From an uncultured Eubacteriales bacterium (GTDB taxonomy: Bacteria; Bacillota; Clostridia; Christensenellales; CAG-917), in NCBI GenBank assembly GCA_900322215.1, contig ONYW01000006.1:8304-72303 (forward strand): 64,000 nt of DNA. The letters run 5' to 3'. Position 1 is the stretch's first letter, and every line of letters starts with the position of its first letter. A program made the translations under genes and the position numbers. Positions 8,874 through 18,064 of this stretch are shown piece by piece. Below the pieces are notes generated by a model. The model saw only the letters and a program-made list of their open reading frames with translations. It made no database searches and had not been told where the DNA came from.

Positions 8874-10427
8874 TCATTCGTTTTCGGAATTGTCGGGGGC
8901 TTGCGGGAGTTCTTCGCTCGCCGAGGGAGAATCCGACGGTCTTTCATAGACGTACTCGGTATAATTCTTCGTCCGTTTCGTAAACAGTTTGAAGAGGTAG
9001 AACGCGAATATACAAACGGATATGCACGCCCCGACAATAGCCGCCGTATCGTACGGAATAAATCTACCGAGCGCCATGTTTGGCTCCGCCAAAATGTAGG
9101 TGATGACCACGGCGGTCATAAACAGCGCGGGGAGCGCCGTAAACAAGGAGGCATATTTGTTTTTGTGCGTCTTGAACATATATCCCGTGGCAACCCAAAG
9201 GCTTATCGCCGCCAAAAATTGATTTGCCCAGGCGAACCACCTCCACAGTATGCTGAAATTCTTGTCGTCCATAAAGTTCCAAATACTTATGCCGATGACG
9301 GCGGCAAAAAGCGGGATCGTGAGAATGAGGCGGTTTACTATTTTCTTTTGGTCGAGTTTGAACACTTCGCCGACTATCAGCCTGCAACTTCTAAGCGCGG
9401 TATCTCCGCTCGTGACGGGACAAATCACGACGCCTACCACCGCAAAAATCGTGCCGACCGTGCCAAGCACGCCCCTCGCTATCTCGTTGACGGAATTGGA
9501 ATTGCCGCCAACTGAATTGAGTGCCGACCAGCCCTCCGCCGTGTTGACTCTGAAAAACGCCATTGCGGCTGCCGCCCAAATGAGAGCGATGACGCCCTCT
9601 GCGACCATTGCGCCGTAGAAGACCTGTCTTCCCTCTTTTTCGGACTTGATACACTTTGCTATCATCGGAGACTGCGTCGCGTGAAAACCGCTCACCGCTC
9701 CGCACGCAACAGTCGTCATCATAAACGGCCACCACGGCAAAGAGCCGTTTGCCTTGGAAAAATCACGGAAATTGCCGATAAGTTCAAGCATCGGGTATCT
9801 GTCGGAGTTTGCCATAATGCCGATGATTACGGCGAGCGCCATGACGATCAAAACGATGCCGAACACAGGATAAATCTTGCCGATGACCTTGTCTATCGGC
9901 ACAAGCGTGCTGACAAGATAATAAATAAGGATTATTATCATCCAAATCCACGCCTTTACGCTCCCGTTCGTCAGCGATTCAAGCAGCGTGGACGGCGAGA
10001 CTACAAATACGGCGGTCACGAGTATCAACAGCACTACGGAAAAAACCCTCATGACGATCTCCATAACCTTGCCGAGATAACGCCCCGACAACTGAACTAT
10101 CGACGCGCCGTTGTGACGAGAAGAGATCATCCCCGAAAAATAGTCGTGTACCGCTCCGCCGAGGACGCAACCTATCACTATCCACAAAAACACGATAGGT
10201 CCGAACAGCGCCCCGCTTATCGCGCCGAATATAGGGCCCGTCCCGGCGATATTCAAAAGTTCTATCAAAAACGCTTTCCACTTCGGGAGCGGAGTTATGT
10301 CAATGCCGTCAGGGTTTGCGATAGCGGGCGTAAGGCGATTGTCGATCGCAAACACCTTCTCCGTCACCCTACTGTAAATCAAATATCCGCCGACAAGCAG
10401 CACAAGCGCAATAAAAAAAGTAATCAT
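8874..10427 (-). CDS. cstA: Carbon starvation protein CstA family transporter
   Basis: 517-aa polytopic protein. MITFFIALVLLVGGYLIYSRVTEKVF.. and overall layout are typical of CstA. Confidence 0.85.
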   Translation of the reverse strand: MITFFIALVLLVGGYLIYSRVTEKVFAIDNRLTPAIANPDGIDITPLPKWKAFLIELLNIAGTGPIFGAISGALFGPIVFLWIVIGCVLGGAVHDYFSGMISSRHNGASIVQLSGRYLGKVMEIVMRVFSVVLLILVTAVFVVSPSTLLESLTNGSVKAWIWMIIILIYYLVSTLVPIDKVIGKIYPVFGIVLIVMALAVIIGIMANSDRYPMLELIGNFRDFSKANGSLPWWPFMMTTVACGAVSGFHATQSPMIAKCIKSEKEGRQVFYGAMVAEGVIALIWAAAAMAFFRVNTAEGWSALNSVGGNSNSVNEIARGVLGTVGTIFAVVGVVICPVTSGDTALRSCRLIVGEVFKLDQKKIVNRLILTIPLFAAVIGISIWNFMDDKNFSILWRWFAWANQFLAAISLWVATGYMFKTHKNKYASLFTALPALFMTAVVITYILAEPNMALGRFIPYDTAAIVGACISVCIFAFYLFKLFTKRTKNYTEYVYERPSDSPSASEELPQAPDNSENE

Positions 10428-10475
10428 CTTTTTGCCTTCAACGTCTCCGCGTAACCCCGCGAAATCGCATTAATC

Positions 10476-10504
10476 ATTATACACAACAAAAACAAATATA
10501 TCAA
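10476..10504 (-). promoter_or_regulatory. Sigma-70-type promoter of cstA
   Basis: Minus strand: TTGATA - 17 nt - TATAAT, about 45 nt upstream of the start. Confidence 0.55.
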
Positions 10505-10589
10505 CTTTTTCAAGCACAAACAGCAACAAACCCGCAAGCGAGTTCAACGCTTTTATTATAAGGAAACAACAAGTTATGTATTGCAAGGC

Positions 10590-11021
10590 AAAACGAGACC
10601 TATTGCCACAAAATTAAAAGCCCACTCTGTCGGTGGACTTTTTTCTTTGGTGGAAACTACAGGTCTGGTGTTGCATGCAACGCCGTCCGTCCGCTGCCGC
10701 TGAGGCTTTCTCACCATTTGCAAACTCAATCGCACTTTATGCGCTTGTTTTTGTGTTGCCTTGGTACTCTTTTTGCGCAAGCGCAACAAGCCCAAGGCGA
10801 CACAAAAAAACGAGCCTATAAATAGACTCGTTTTGGTTTGCAAATGGTGGAAACAATAGGACTCGAAAAATAGCGAGCAGGCGGGCTTGTACGCTCTTGC
10901 GAGCGTCAGCTATGACCTCGGGCATAGGTTGACGACATAGTCGTCTTTTGTGAAACAAAACGAGACCTATTGTTGCAAAGTCAAATTAAAAGCCCGTCAA
11001 AACGACGGGCTTTTATGACTT
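10590..11021 (-). repeat. Decayed duplicates of the tRNA-Val 3' end plus its terminator module
   Basis: tggtggaaacaataggactcgaa at 10845-10867 is identical to the 3' end of the intact gene; a GGTCATAG remnant lies about 42 nt further on, so the T-loop is interrupted. tggtggaaac recurs at 10648-10657. Modules 10590-10647 and 10957-11021 share a hairpin terminator plus CAATAGGTCTCGTTTTG. Confidence 0.7.
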
Positions 11022-11098
11022 TGGTGGAAACAATAGGACTCGAACCTATGACCCCTTGCTTGTAAGGCAAGTGCTCTAACCAACTGAGCTATGCTTCC
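11022..11098 (-). tRNA. tRNA-Val (anticodon TAC)
   Basis: GGAAGCATAGCTCAGTTGGTTAGAGCACTTGCCTTACAAGCAAGGGGTCATAGGTTCGAGTCCTATTGTTTCCACCA folds as a cloverleaf by hand, with encoded CCA. Confidence 0.92.
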
Positions 11099-11135
11099 TT
11101 ATGAACAGAGCAGCCAATGAGACTGCTCTGCATCT

Positions 11136-11210
11136 TGGTGACCCCTACGGGATTCGGACCCATGTTACCGCCGTGAAAGGGCGATGTCTTAACCGCTTGA
11201 CCAAGGGGCC
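11136..11210 (-). tRNA. tRNA-Glu (anticodon TTC)
   Basis: GGCCCCTTGGTCAAGCGGTTAAGACATCGCCCTTTCACGGCGGTAACATGGGTCCGAATCCCGTAGGGGTCACCA. Confidence 0.92.
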
Positions 11211-11221
11211 ATATTTTGTTT

Positions 11222-11467
11222 TGCGGCGGTACTCGCTACGCTCGTGTCGCCTCCTGCACTCCTACATCCCCAAAAGATTCTTCCTTGCGACTTCCTCTCT
11301 TGTATTGATGTATGACTGCGGCGGTACTCGCTACGCTCGTGTCGCCTCCTGCACTCCTACATCCCCAAAAGATTTCATCTCGCGACTTCCTCTCTTGTAT
11401 TGATGTATGACTGCGGCGGTACTCGCTGCGCTCGTGTCGCCTCCTGCACTCCTACATCCCCAAAAGA
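11222..11467. repeat. 95-bp tandem repeat (about 2.6 copies) inside the tRNA operon
   Basis: Unit starts 11222, 11317 and 11412. Nearly identical copies of tgcggcggtactcgct(a/g)cgctcgtgtcgcctcctgcactcctacatccccaaaaga. Explains the spurious ORFs 11101-11403 and 11400-11639. Confidence 0.9.
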
Positions 11468-11581
11468 CACTCGCTATCGCGCTTCATGGCATTTTCGCCA
11501 GCCACATCTGAACAAGTTCAATGGGCTGTCGCAAATCCCATACGCCCTTTGGGCGCTGTGTCTTTTGGTGGCGTATTCGTT

Positions 11582-11658
11582 TGGTAGCGGCGGTCGGATT
11601 CGAACCAACGACCTGCCGGGTATGAACCGGCCGCTATAACCAACTAAGCTACGCCGCC
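11582..11658 (-). tRNA. tRNA-Met, elongator type (anticodon CAT)
   Basis: GGCGGCGTAGCTTAGTTGGTTATAGCGGCCGGTTCATACCCGGCAGGTCGTTGGTTCGAATCCGACCGCCGCTACCA. Base pair 1-72 is intact. Ile2 (lysidine) identity cannot be excluded by eye. Confidence 0.85.
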
Positions 11659-11663
11659 ATCTG

Positions 11664-11739
<76 letters not shown>

Positions 11740-11757
11740 ATATTTAAGTGCTTGCTT

Positions 11758-11786
11758 ATAATATGATAAAAAGAAATAATTGTCAA
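11758..11786 (-). promoter_or_regulatory. Consensus sigma-70 promoter of the tRNA operon
   Basis: Minus strand: TTGACA - 17 nt - TATTAT, about 18 nt upstream of tRNA-fMet. Confidence 0.7.
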
Positions 11787-12014
11787 GCAATATTGAAAAA
11801 TATTTTTTATATCTTGCAGTCATTCCGAAAATTTTCACCCTCCTCGGCGCTGTTTTGAGACATTTATCGCACGAAACGTCCGATATTGAACAAAAAATAT
11901 CATACATTTGTCAAAAAATTGCGTATTGCTCTTGAAATCGTAATTTTGATATGCTAAACTTATTTATAATAAAGGGGAATCTAAGCAGATTTTTGTTCTC
12001 CAAAGGAGCGGAAT

Positions 12015-13109
12015 ATGAACAGATATCCGGATTATATCAGTTCAAAGCGCATACCGGCAAAAACGCCGGAGAGCATTGTCGAAGACGGCAAGGTTTATTT
12101 CGGCACCTTTGATGCGCCGTTCAAAAATTTGAACCTGTTAGACGCCGAAAAACCCTGCGGAAAAAAGATGCCGGACTTTTTGAAAGCCGCCCGTCTCGTC
12201 GAGTGGGAGGCGTTTGAAGTCGCCATGGACGAAGGCGTCCTCATAAGCGCGGTGTACAAGACGGGACCTATGGCATTCAGTATCTTCGTATGGTATAACC
12301 TCGAGGACAAAAAAATCTACGCTTGGCGCAACCTCGTGCCAAAGAAGAAGGGCAAAGTCGCGGCGAATCTCGTGAACGACTACTGCTATATCAAGACTTC
12401 CAAGAGCGAATACCGCATAGACAACGACTTCGAAAACGGCAAAGCGAGCGCAAAAGGTTTTACAAAGGGCAAAGCGGGCGAATTTGCGATAGATATGGCG
12501 TTTGAGCGCATCTCCCCTCTTGCGAACGGAGTTATGCCTCTTGCAAAGAACAAGGACGGCTCGCTTCGCAACGCGCTTTACAGCGAAAAAGACTTTTTCA
12601 AGGCGACGGGCACTATCACTTTGAACGGCAAGGTGTACAAATCCAACGAGCGCTCCGTCGGCATCATCGACGACCACAAGGGCTTCTATCCTTTCAAGGC
12701 GCACTACGACTGGCTCACCGCTATGGGCACGCGCGAAGAGGACGGAAAACTCAAATATTTTGCGTTCAACCTCACGAGAAATCAGTCCGTCGACCAAGAC
12801 AAATACAACGAGAACGTTATTTGGATAGACGACGAATCCTTCCCTATGCCACCCGTCGTGTTCAAGCATAAGGACGGCAAGAAGAAGGCGGAAGAATGGC
12901 ACGTTACGGACGAAAAGGGACTCGGACTTGTCGACGTGACTTTCAAACTGGACAAGACTTTCTATATGCCGATACACGCGGTTGTTGCCGAAGCCTACTA
13001 CGCTCTCCCGTTCGGGACGCTCTCGGGCTACATCACGGACACCAACGGCAAGCGCTACTATGTCGACGGCATGATCGGCATCGGCGAAGACAAAACAACC
13101 CGTATGTAA
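12015..13109 (+). CDS. DUF2804-family protein
   Basis: 364 aa. RBS AAAGGAG. Sequence pattern (..LVEWEAFEVAMDEGVLISAVYKTGPMAFSIFVWYNL..) resembles DUF2804. Paralogue of the partial gene at 1-596. Confidence 0.7.
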   Translation: MNRYPDYISSKRIPAKTPESIVEDGKVYFGTFDAPFKNLNLLDAEKPCGKKMPDFLKAARLVEWEAFEVAMDEGVLISAVYKTGPMAFSIFVWYNLEDKKIYAWRNLVPKKKGKVAANLVNDYCYIKTSKSEYRIDNDFENGKASAKGFTKGKAGEFAIDMAFERISPLANGVMPLAKNKDGSLRNALYSEKDFFKATGTITLNGKVYKSNERSVGIIDDHKGFYPFKAHYDWLTAMGTREEDGKLKYFAFNLTRNQSVDQDKYNENVIWIDDESFPMPPVVFKHKDGKKKAEEWHVTDEKGLGLVDVTFKLDKTFYMPIHAVVAEAYYALPFGTLSGYITDTNGKRYYVDGMIGIGEDKTTRM

Positions 13110-13127
13110 AGACCGCGGTCTTTAACA

Positions 13128-13211
13128 ATGATATATCGCAAGCGATATGATATACTTTCAGTATGATATATTCGCACAGCGAATATGATATATCGCAACG
13201 GAGATATTGCG
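13128..13211. repeat. Array of four short hairpins linked by ATGATAT
   Basis: ATGATAT at 13128, 13147, 13163 and 13185. Palindromes ATATCGC-aa-GCGATAT, ATACT-ttc-AGTAT, ATATTCGC-aca-GCGAATAT and CGCAA-n8-TTGCG. Lies between the stop at 13109 and the terminator at 13235. Confidence 0.8.
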
Positions 13212-13234
13212 GAACAAACGAGACTTTATACAAC

Positions 13235-13262
13235 AAAAACGCACCTATAAAGGTGCGTTTTC
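13235..13262. terminator. Bidirectional rho-independent terminator
   Basis: AAAAAC-GCACCT-ataa-AGGTGC-GTTTT. Serves the convergent genes ending at 13109 (+) and 13316 (-). Confidence 0.7.
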
Positions 13263-13315
13263 AGTCTTCGACTGTTTTTGTTTTGCTGGCTTCTATCGTT
13301 CTGCTTTTGGGTTCG

Positions 13316-14590
13316 TCAAACTATTTTCATATCTTTGAGAAGCATACGGGAGGGGCCTTCGTAGTTGAATGCACCGCATACTCTGTCGTTTGTCAAGCGA
13401 AGGGACGGAAGCACCTCGCTGAGTTTGCCGCTCATTGAAATGCCTGTCACCGGCGTCACCTTGCCGCCGTCATGGAGATAAGCAAGACGGATTTCGCCGC
13501 CGATATAGTCGTTGTAAACGTCGAGTTGGATGCCGGATAGCGAAACCGCTTCCAAGTATCTGCCATCAAGTTTTTCAAGGCTTCCGCTTTCAACAGACAG
13601 ACAGCCGAGGTCGCCAGAGATGTCTTCCGGCTTGATGCCGATGTATTGACCGTATCTTGATGTGCCCCAGAGTGACACGACCTTGCCGTCCTTGATGACG
13701 ACTCTGTCTTTAAGCACCGTGCCGTCCGCATCGAACGCCGCGGAATCACTGCCACCCTCGATTTGCGCCTTTTCGGTGATCGTGAGCGGATCACCCGTTC
13801 TGCCCTCTTGCAAATCGTCGCCAAGTTCATAGGCGTTGGCGTCCATGTATTTCGAGCCGTATGAAAGCTCGTCCGTGATTGTTTCGACAAGTTCCATAAT
13901 CTCTGCGGGACGAAGCGCAACGTCAATCGTTTGCGGCGTACCCTTGACAGCTTCGTGTCTTGCCTTGACTTCTCTCATCTTCTCGCTGATTTCGCGAGTT
14001 ATGTCGGCGAGGTCGAGTTTGGTGACGACGTACCACTCGTAGAGTTCGACGGATTCCTTTTCGTCCGTATGCGTCGGGATAGCCTCAATTGAAATCTTGT
14101 GTGAAACTTGCGTCTTGTCGAGCCCCGTTGAAAGACGAACTCTCGTTCTGCTTTCCGTGACGAAGATTTCAAGCGCGTTTATACTGCCGCCCTTCACCAT
14201 ATCCGCGTCGAACACAGCTTTTGCGACCTGTTTTGCGACTTCCTTGCCGTCGAGTCCTTTGAGATTGGACGGAAGTTCAAACGTCTCCTTGCTGCCTTCC
14301 ACAAGTTTGTACGGCTTGTTGTGCACAAGTTTTGCACGCGAGAGTGCCTTGTCGAGCGCAAGGTTCAGTGCCTCCTCGTCCATTGACGCGTACACCGGGA
14401 AAGTGCTGTCGCCGAGAGTGCCGTCCTCATTGTTGACGTACACCGTGACTTTTGTCTCCGCCGTATCTGTTGCACGGACGGTTTCCGTCTTGCCGAGTAC
14501 GAAGAAGAGTTCGTGCGAGACGGATGATTTGTCCAAAATTTTATAGCCGTCTTTGGCTTTTGCTTTTACGATTTTTTCAACGTCCAACAT
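13316..14590 (-). CDS. PmbA/TldE-type partner of TldD (TldD/PmbA family)
   Basis: ATG 14590 (MLDVEKIV..) has GGAGG 6 nt upstream and lies 11 nt after the tldD stop. The track start at 14632 would overlap tldD. Confidence 0.75.
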   Translation of the reverse strand: MLDVEKIVKAKAKDGYKILDKSSVSHELFFVLGKTETVRATDTAETKVTVYVNNEDGTLGDSTFPVYASMDEEALNLALDKALSRAKLVHNKPYKLVEGSKETFELPSNLKGLDGKEVAKQVAKAVFDADMVKGGSINALEIFVTESRTRVRLSTGLDKTQVSHKISIEAIPTHTDEKESVELYEWYVVTKLDLADITREISEKMREVKARHEAVKGTPQTIDVALRPAEIMELVETITDELSYGSKYMDANAYELGDDLQEGRTGDPLTITEKAQIEGGSDSAAFDADGTVLKDRVVIKDGKVVSLWGTSRYGQYIGIKPEDISGDLGCLSVESGSLEKLDGRYLEAVSLSGIQLDVYNDYIGGEIRLAYLHDGGKVTPVTGISMSGKLSEVLPSLRLTNDRVCGAFNYEGPSRMLLKDMKIV

Positions 14591-14601
14591 AGTCTGCCTC
14601 C

Positions 14602-16005
14602 TTATGAAAGTTTGCAACGCGCTTTGAGGCAAGGGCCTCCGTCAGAGACGCGCACCCATTCTTTGTAGCCCTTTCCGCAAGAGCCCGAGCCGATAACCTT
14701 GAATTCTTCCTTTGAAATCATAGAAATTGATTTCAAAAGTTCAGGCACAAATCCGCTCATAACGACAGGCGAAACGTAGTTGTCCGTGAGTTTGCCGTCC
14801 ACGATTTCGATGCCGTATTGTGCGGTGCATTGGATTTGCCAGTTCTTCGGATCTTCCATGCCGTTGTTCGTTTCAAAGAGCATATAGCCGTGCTTTACGG
14901 ACTTTATCATATCTTCGAGCTTGTCATTGCCCGCTTCAAAGAAGGTGTTGGTCATTCTCGTATACGCCTTGTGCGCATAGTTTTCTCTTCTGCCGTTGCC
15001 TGTCGGTGCCGTGCCGAGTTGAGCAGCACTTGTAAGGTCGCAAATGCCTGCGACAAGAACGCCGTCCTTGATGATTTGCGTATCGTGCGCCACAACGCCG
15101 TCGTCGTCAAAGAAGTATGATGCGGTGGAAAATGCCGCGGACGCACCGTCGTGCATATTGACGATAGGAGACGCGACGTATTTGCCGACGTATTCCTTTG
15201 CAAGCGCGCGATTTTTTACAAACTGATCCATTTCAACACCGTGACCGAACGCCTCGTGCGCGATAAGACCTGTGATAGAACTGTCCGTGATGATGTCATA
15301 AACACCCGGTTCAATCGGCTTTGCGTTTGCGAGATGTCTGACCTTGTCAACGAGTTTGTCAACAAGCTTCGGCATCGTGGCAAAGATATCTTTCATTTGA
15401 TTGCCGTATGCGGTCTCCCAACCTTCCGCCATATTTTCGTCACGGTACAATGCAACCATAATGCCGTTCACCCAAGCATAGTGTTGGTCGAGTTCTCTGT
15501 TTTCGCTGACAAACAACTTGTTGATGACAATCGGACGAAGAATGACGATAGCGTTGACGATTTTTTCATCTTTCTTCAAAATTTCATCTTTGATATTGGT
15601 GAGAAACGCCAAAATCTCATCGTCGGAATACTTGTCAAAATCGCTCTCTCTGACGTAAGACTCGACGTGTTTCGGGTCCTCTGGCAGCGGGCACTCGATT
15701 GCGCCCTCCGCTTTGTCAAGCCTGATTTCGCTGACAATCTTCTTTGCAAGAGCCTGCTTGTCGCCTGCGATTGAAGACGTCGAATATTCGCCGAACGCTC
15801 TGCCGTCGTGAACTTTGACGACAAATCCGCATTCGCCCTCGAATCCGCCGCTGTCGGACACGGAACTCGTGCCTCTGTCCACTCGGTAACTGGACGACGA
15901 ACAGTCCGTGCCGAGCACGCTGACATATTTGTAGTATGGTTTGAGAGCGGAAACGAGTTCTTTCATCTCGCCTCTCATACTCTCGAGGAATTTAGATAAT
16001 GCCAT
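14602..16005 (-). CDS. tldD: TldD-family metalloprotease
   Basis: 467 aa. HEAFGHGVE (HExxxH) motif in the expected position. Paired with a PmbA-like gene. Confidence 0.8.
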   Translation of the reverse strand: MALSKFLESMRGEMKELVSALKPYYKYVSVLGTDCSSSSYRVDRGTSSVSDSGGFEGECGFVVKVHDGRAFGEYSTSSIAGDKQALAKKIVSEIRLDKAEGAIECPLPEDPKHVESYVRESDFDKYSDDEILAFLTNIKDEILKKDEKIVNAIVILRPIVINKLFVSENRELDQHYAWVNGIMVALYRDENMAEGWETAYGNQMKDIFATMPKLVDKLVDKVRHLANAKPIEPGVYDIITDSSITGLIAHEAFGHGVEMDQFVKNRALAKEYVGKYVASPIVNMHDGASAAFSTASYFFDDDGVVAHDTQIIKDGVLVAGICDLTSAAQLGTAPTGNGRRENYAHKAYTRMTNTFFEAGNDKLEDMIKSVKHGYMLFETNNGMEDPKNWQIQCTAQYGIEIVDGKLTDNYVSPVVMSGFVPELLKSISMISKEEFKVIGSGSCGKGYKEWVRVSDGGPCLKARCKLS

Positions 16006-16104
16006 AAAGCCTCCTAAAAAATTTTATTTCACAAAAAGTATAGCATAGGGATTGCGACTTGTCTTGCGATAATCGCGAATTTTTTGCAAAAACGCCGAAT
16101 TTCT

Positions 16105-16134
16105 CAAAAAAATAAGCGAGGATAAACCTCGCTT
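16105..16134 (-). terminator. Rho-independent terminator
   Basis: Minus strand: AAGCGAGG-tttat-CCTCGCTT followed by ATTTTTTT, just after the stop at 16159. Confidence 0.7.
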
Positions 16135-16158
16135 ATAATAATATTATTCTTCAAAGCG

Positions 16159-18033
16159 TCATTTCTTCGCATTGCTTAACACTTCGTCGATGAGGCGGAG
16201 TACGTCCGCGCCGAGGAGCGGCCAAGCACCGCCGACGTCCGCGTGCCAATAGTCAGGCTTGACGATAAGGCGACCTGCCTCGTCAAGTGCGTCTTTGTCC
16301 ATACCCGCAAGAGAGGCATAGGTGCAGACCATGCCGTCGCCGCCGATCCAGCCCTCTTCACCGACAGGCGCGAGGTCGTCGTGAATGAGTTTGCAGGAAT
16401 ACATCGGATAGCCGGTGTTCTCGTCAAGCACAGGGTTGCCTTCCTTGTCCACTACGGTTGTCATGATGCAGCCCGTGTTCGTGGACGGAATGTTCGTGCC
16501 GAGGAAGACGTAGGAGTTGATATCGTTTTCCGGGCTCATTGCGATGTTGCCGTCGACAAAGAGTCTTGAATAGTAGGTTTTGAGTCTACCCGCGCCGTAT
16601 TTGATTCTGTCGCCGAGTTTGTTGAGAAGCACGGGGTTGCCGTTCACGTCGACTTGAATTGTAACCTTGCCGTCTTTTTCAAGGGCTAACGTGTTGCAGT
16701 CGACAAGTCTTGCGGATACCGCGCCGAGGTTGTCTGCGGAGGCTGTGCCGTCCATAAGTTCTTTGCCGGAAAGTATGCGAACGATAGAGCCGTCTTCAAG
16801 TTCTTGTCCCTCTTCGTAGTGAATATTCTTGCCGTCTTCGTCAACGTAAACTGCCCAATTCAGGGTGTTGTAGAAATCGTAGAGTTCGTTCTTTGCTGCC
16901 TCTACCGCGGCAGGATCGGACGGATCTTCGCAAAGACCTATCTTCTTGCCGTCCACGATGAGACCGCCGGCCGAGTCACCCGCGAGTTGCACGGAGTTCA
17001 AAAATTCATAGCTCGGGCAGAGCGCCATCATACCGCTTGAATTGTTGAAGAAGATGCCGATTTTGTCCAAAATGGATTTTACAAGTCCGCCGACGATACC
17101 GCCATCCGCAAGCGTTTGTTCGAGGTTGAAACCGAAGGTTGTGAGGAACGCGGCCAAATAGTCTTTCGGGCAAGTCATTGCGCCGAAAGCGTCGAACGAG
17201 CCGAGCGTTGCGGGTGCGAACGCCATATAGAGTTCCACTTTGTCGCGGTTTGCCTTGCTCCTGCCGAGGTAACTGTTGACGACTGGACCGCCCATACTGT
17301 GTGACATAAAGATGACTTTTTGATAACCGCGGGAGTTGATAAACTCTTCAAGTTCCGCCGCCGAGTCCGCAGGGCTCTTTCTGAAGTCTTGGTTGAACAT
17401 GAGGCAGTCGTAGTCATAGCCGTATTTGTCTATGAGTTGACTTCTCGTCTCCGTGATAAACTTTTTGTAAATCGCGACCGCGCCGTAGTAGCAATGAAGC
17501 GGTGCGCCGTTTATATCGACGGGCTTTTCAAAGTTTGAATTTATATTTGCGGCGACGACGTTCGGGTTGAGACCGTTTCCGTCCTGGTCGAGCGTCATAT
17601 CGTAGAGGAGCGTCCCTTCTTCAAAGGAAAGCGCATCCATAATCGTCGTGAAAGCGTTGCCCATCTCCTCCGAAAATTCGCTGAGCACTCCGCTGAAATC
17701 GTAGATGGTCGGAGAAGTCGGTGCCCAGTGATCGTAGAGGTCGAACTCCGTGACGAAAGGATCCCAAACGGGCTCGTTTGTCTCCTTGTTGTAGAGTCCT
17801 CCGCCGAAGAGTGCGGTGACGTAGATTATCGCATTCGAGTGATGGTTGTCGGGATCGTAGTTTGGATCGAGGTCCACAACCGTCGGCACGGGATCGACGT
17901 CGACAGGCCTCACGGGTTGCACGGGTGTAGACTGTGACGAATCCTTTTTGTCGCAGGCGACAAGCCCGACCGACAACGCAAGGACAAGCACGAGTGCAAA
18001 AACCAAAACCGATTTCATGCTGAATTTTCTCAT
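16159..18033 (-). CDS. Secreted alpha/beta-hydrolase lipoprotein, LCAT/lipase-like
   Basis: Signal peptide plus lipobox (LSVGLVAC). Nucleophile elbow FMSHSMGGPV resembles the lecithin:cholesterol acyltransferase-type family. Confidence 0.65.
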   Translation of the reverse strand: MRKFSMKSVLVFALVLVLALSVGLVACDKKDSSQSTPVQPVRPVDVDPVPTVVDLDPNYDPDNHHSNAIIYVTALFGGGLYNKETNEPVWDPFVTEFDLYDHWAPTSPTIYDFSGVLSEFSEEMGNAFTTIMDALSFEEGTLLYDMTLDQDGNGLNPNVVAANINSNFEKPVDINGAPLHCYYGAVAIYKKFITETRSQLIDKYGYDYDCLMFNQDFRKSPADSAAELEEFINSRGYQKVIFMSHSMGGPVVNSYLGRSKANRDKVELYMAFAPATLGSFDAFGAMTCPKDYLAAFLTTFGFNLEQTLADGGIVGGLVKSILDKIGIFFNNSSGMMALCPSYEFLNSVQLAGDSAGGLIVDGKKIGLCEDPSDPAAVEAAKNELYDFYNTLNWAVYVDEDGKNIHYEEGQELEDGSIVRILSGKELMDGTASADNLGAVSARLVDCNTLALEKDGKVTIQVDVNGNPVLLNKLGDRIKYGAGRLKTYYSRLFVDGNIAMSPENDINSYVFLGTNIPSTNTGCIMTTVVDKEGNPVLDENTGYPMYSCKLIHDDLAPVGEEGWIGGDGMVCTYASLAGMDKDALDEAGRLIVKPDYWHADVGGAWPLLGADVLRLIDEVLSNAKK

Positions 18034-18064
18034 TTTTTCCCTCTTATATAAAAATTGGTTTTCG

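Noticed and set aside
10590-11098. Integrated mobile element at tRNA-Val (and likewise at tRNA-Arg, 32040-32960).
   Set aside because: No integrase, excisionase or cargo genes are present. The segments between the duplicated tRNA ends are under 200 bp. Reported only as scars or repeats.
11101-11639. ORFs 11101-11403 and 11400-11639 (repeated CGGTRYARVASCTPTSPKD peptides).
   Set aside because: They run antisense through tRNA-Glu and the 95-bp tandem repeat of the tRNA operon. The repeat unit is not a multiple of 3, and there is no RBS.
13316-16005. TldD/PmbA pair considered as a marker of a RiPP/microcin maturation locus.
   Set aside because: No precursor peptide, cyclodehydratase or immunity/export genes are adjacent. 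The pair is widespread as a housekeeping protease, so there is no basis for a biosynthetic-cluster claim from this window.
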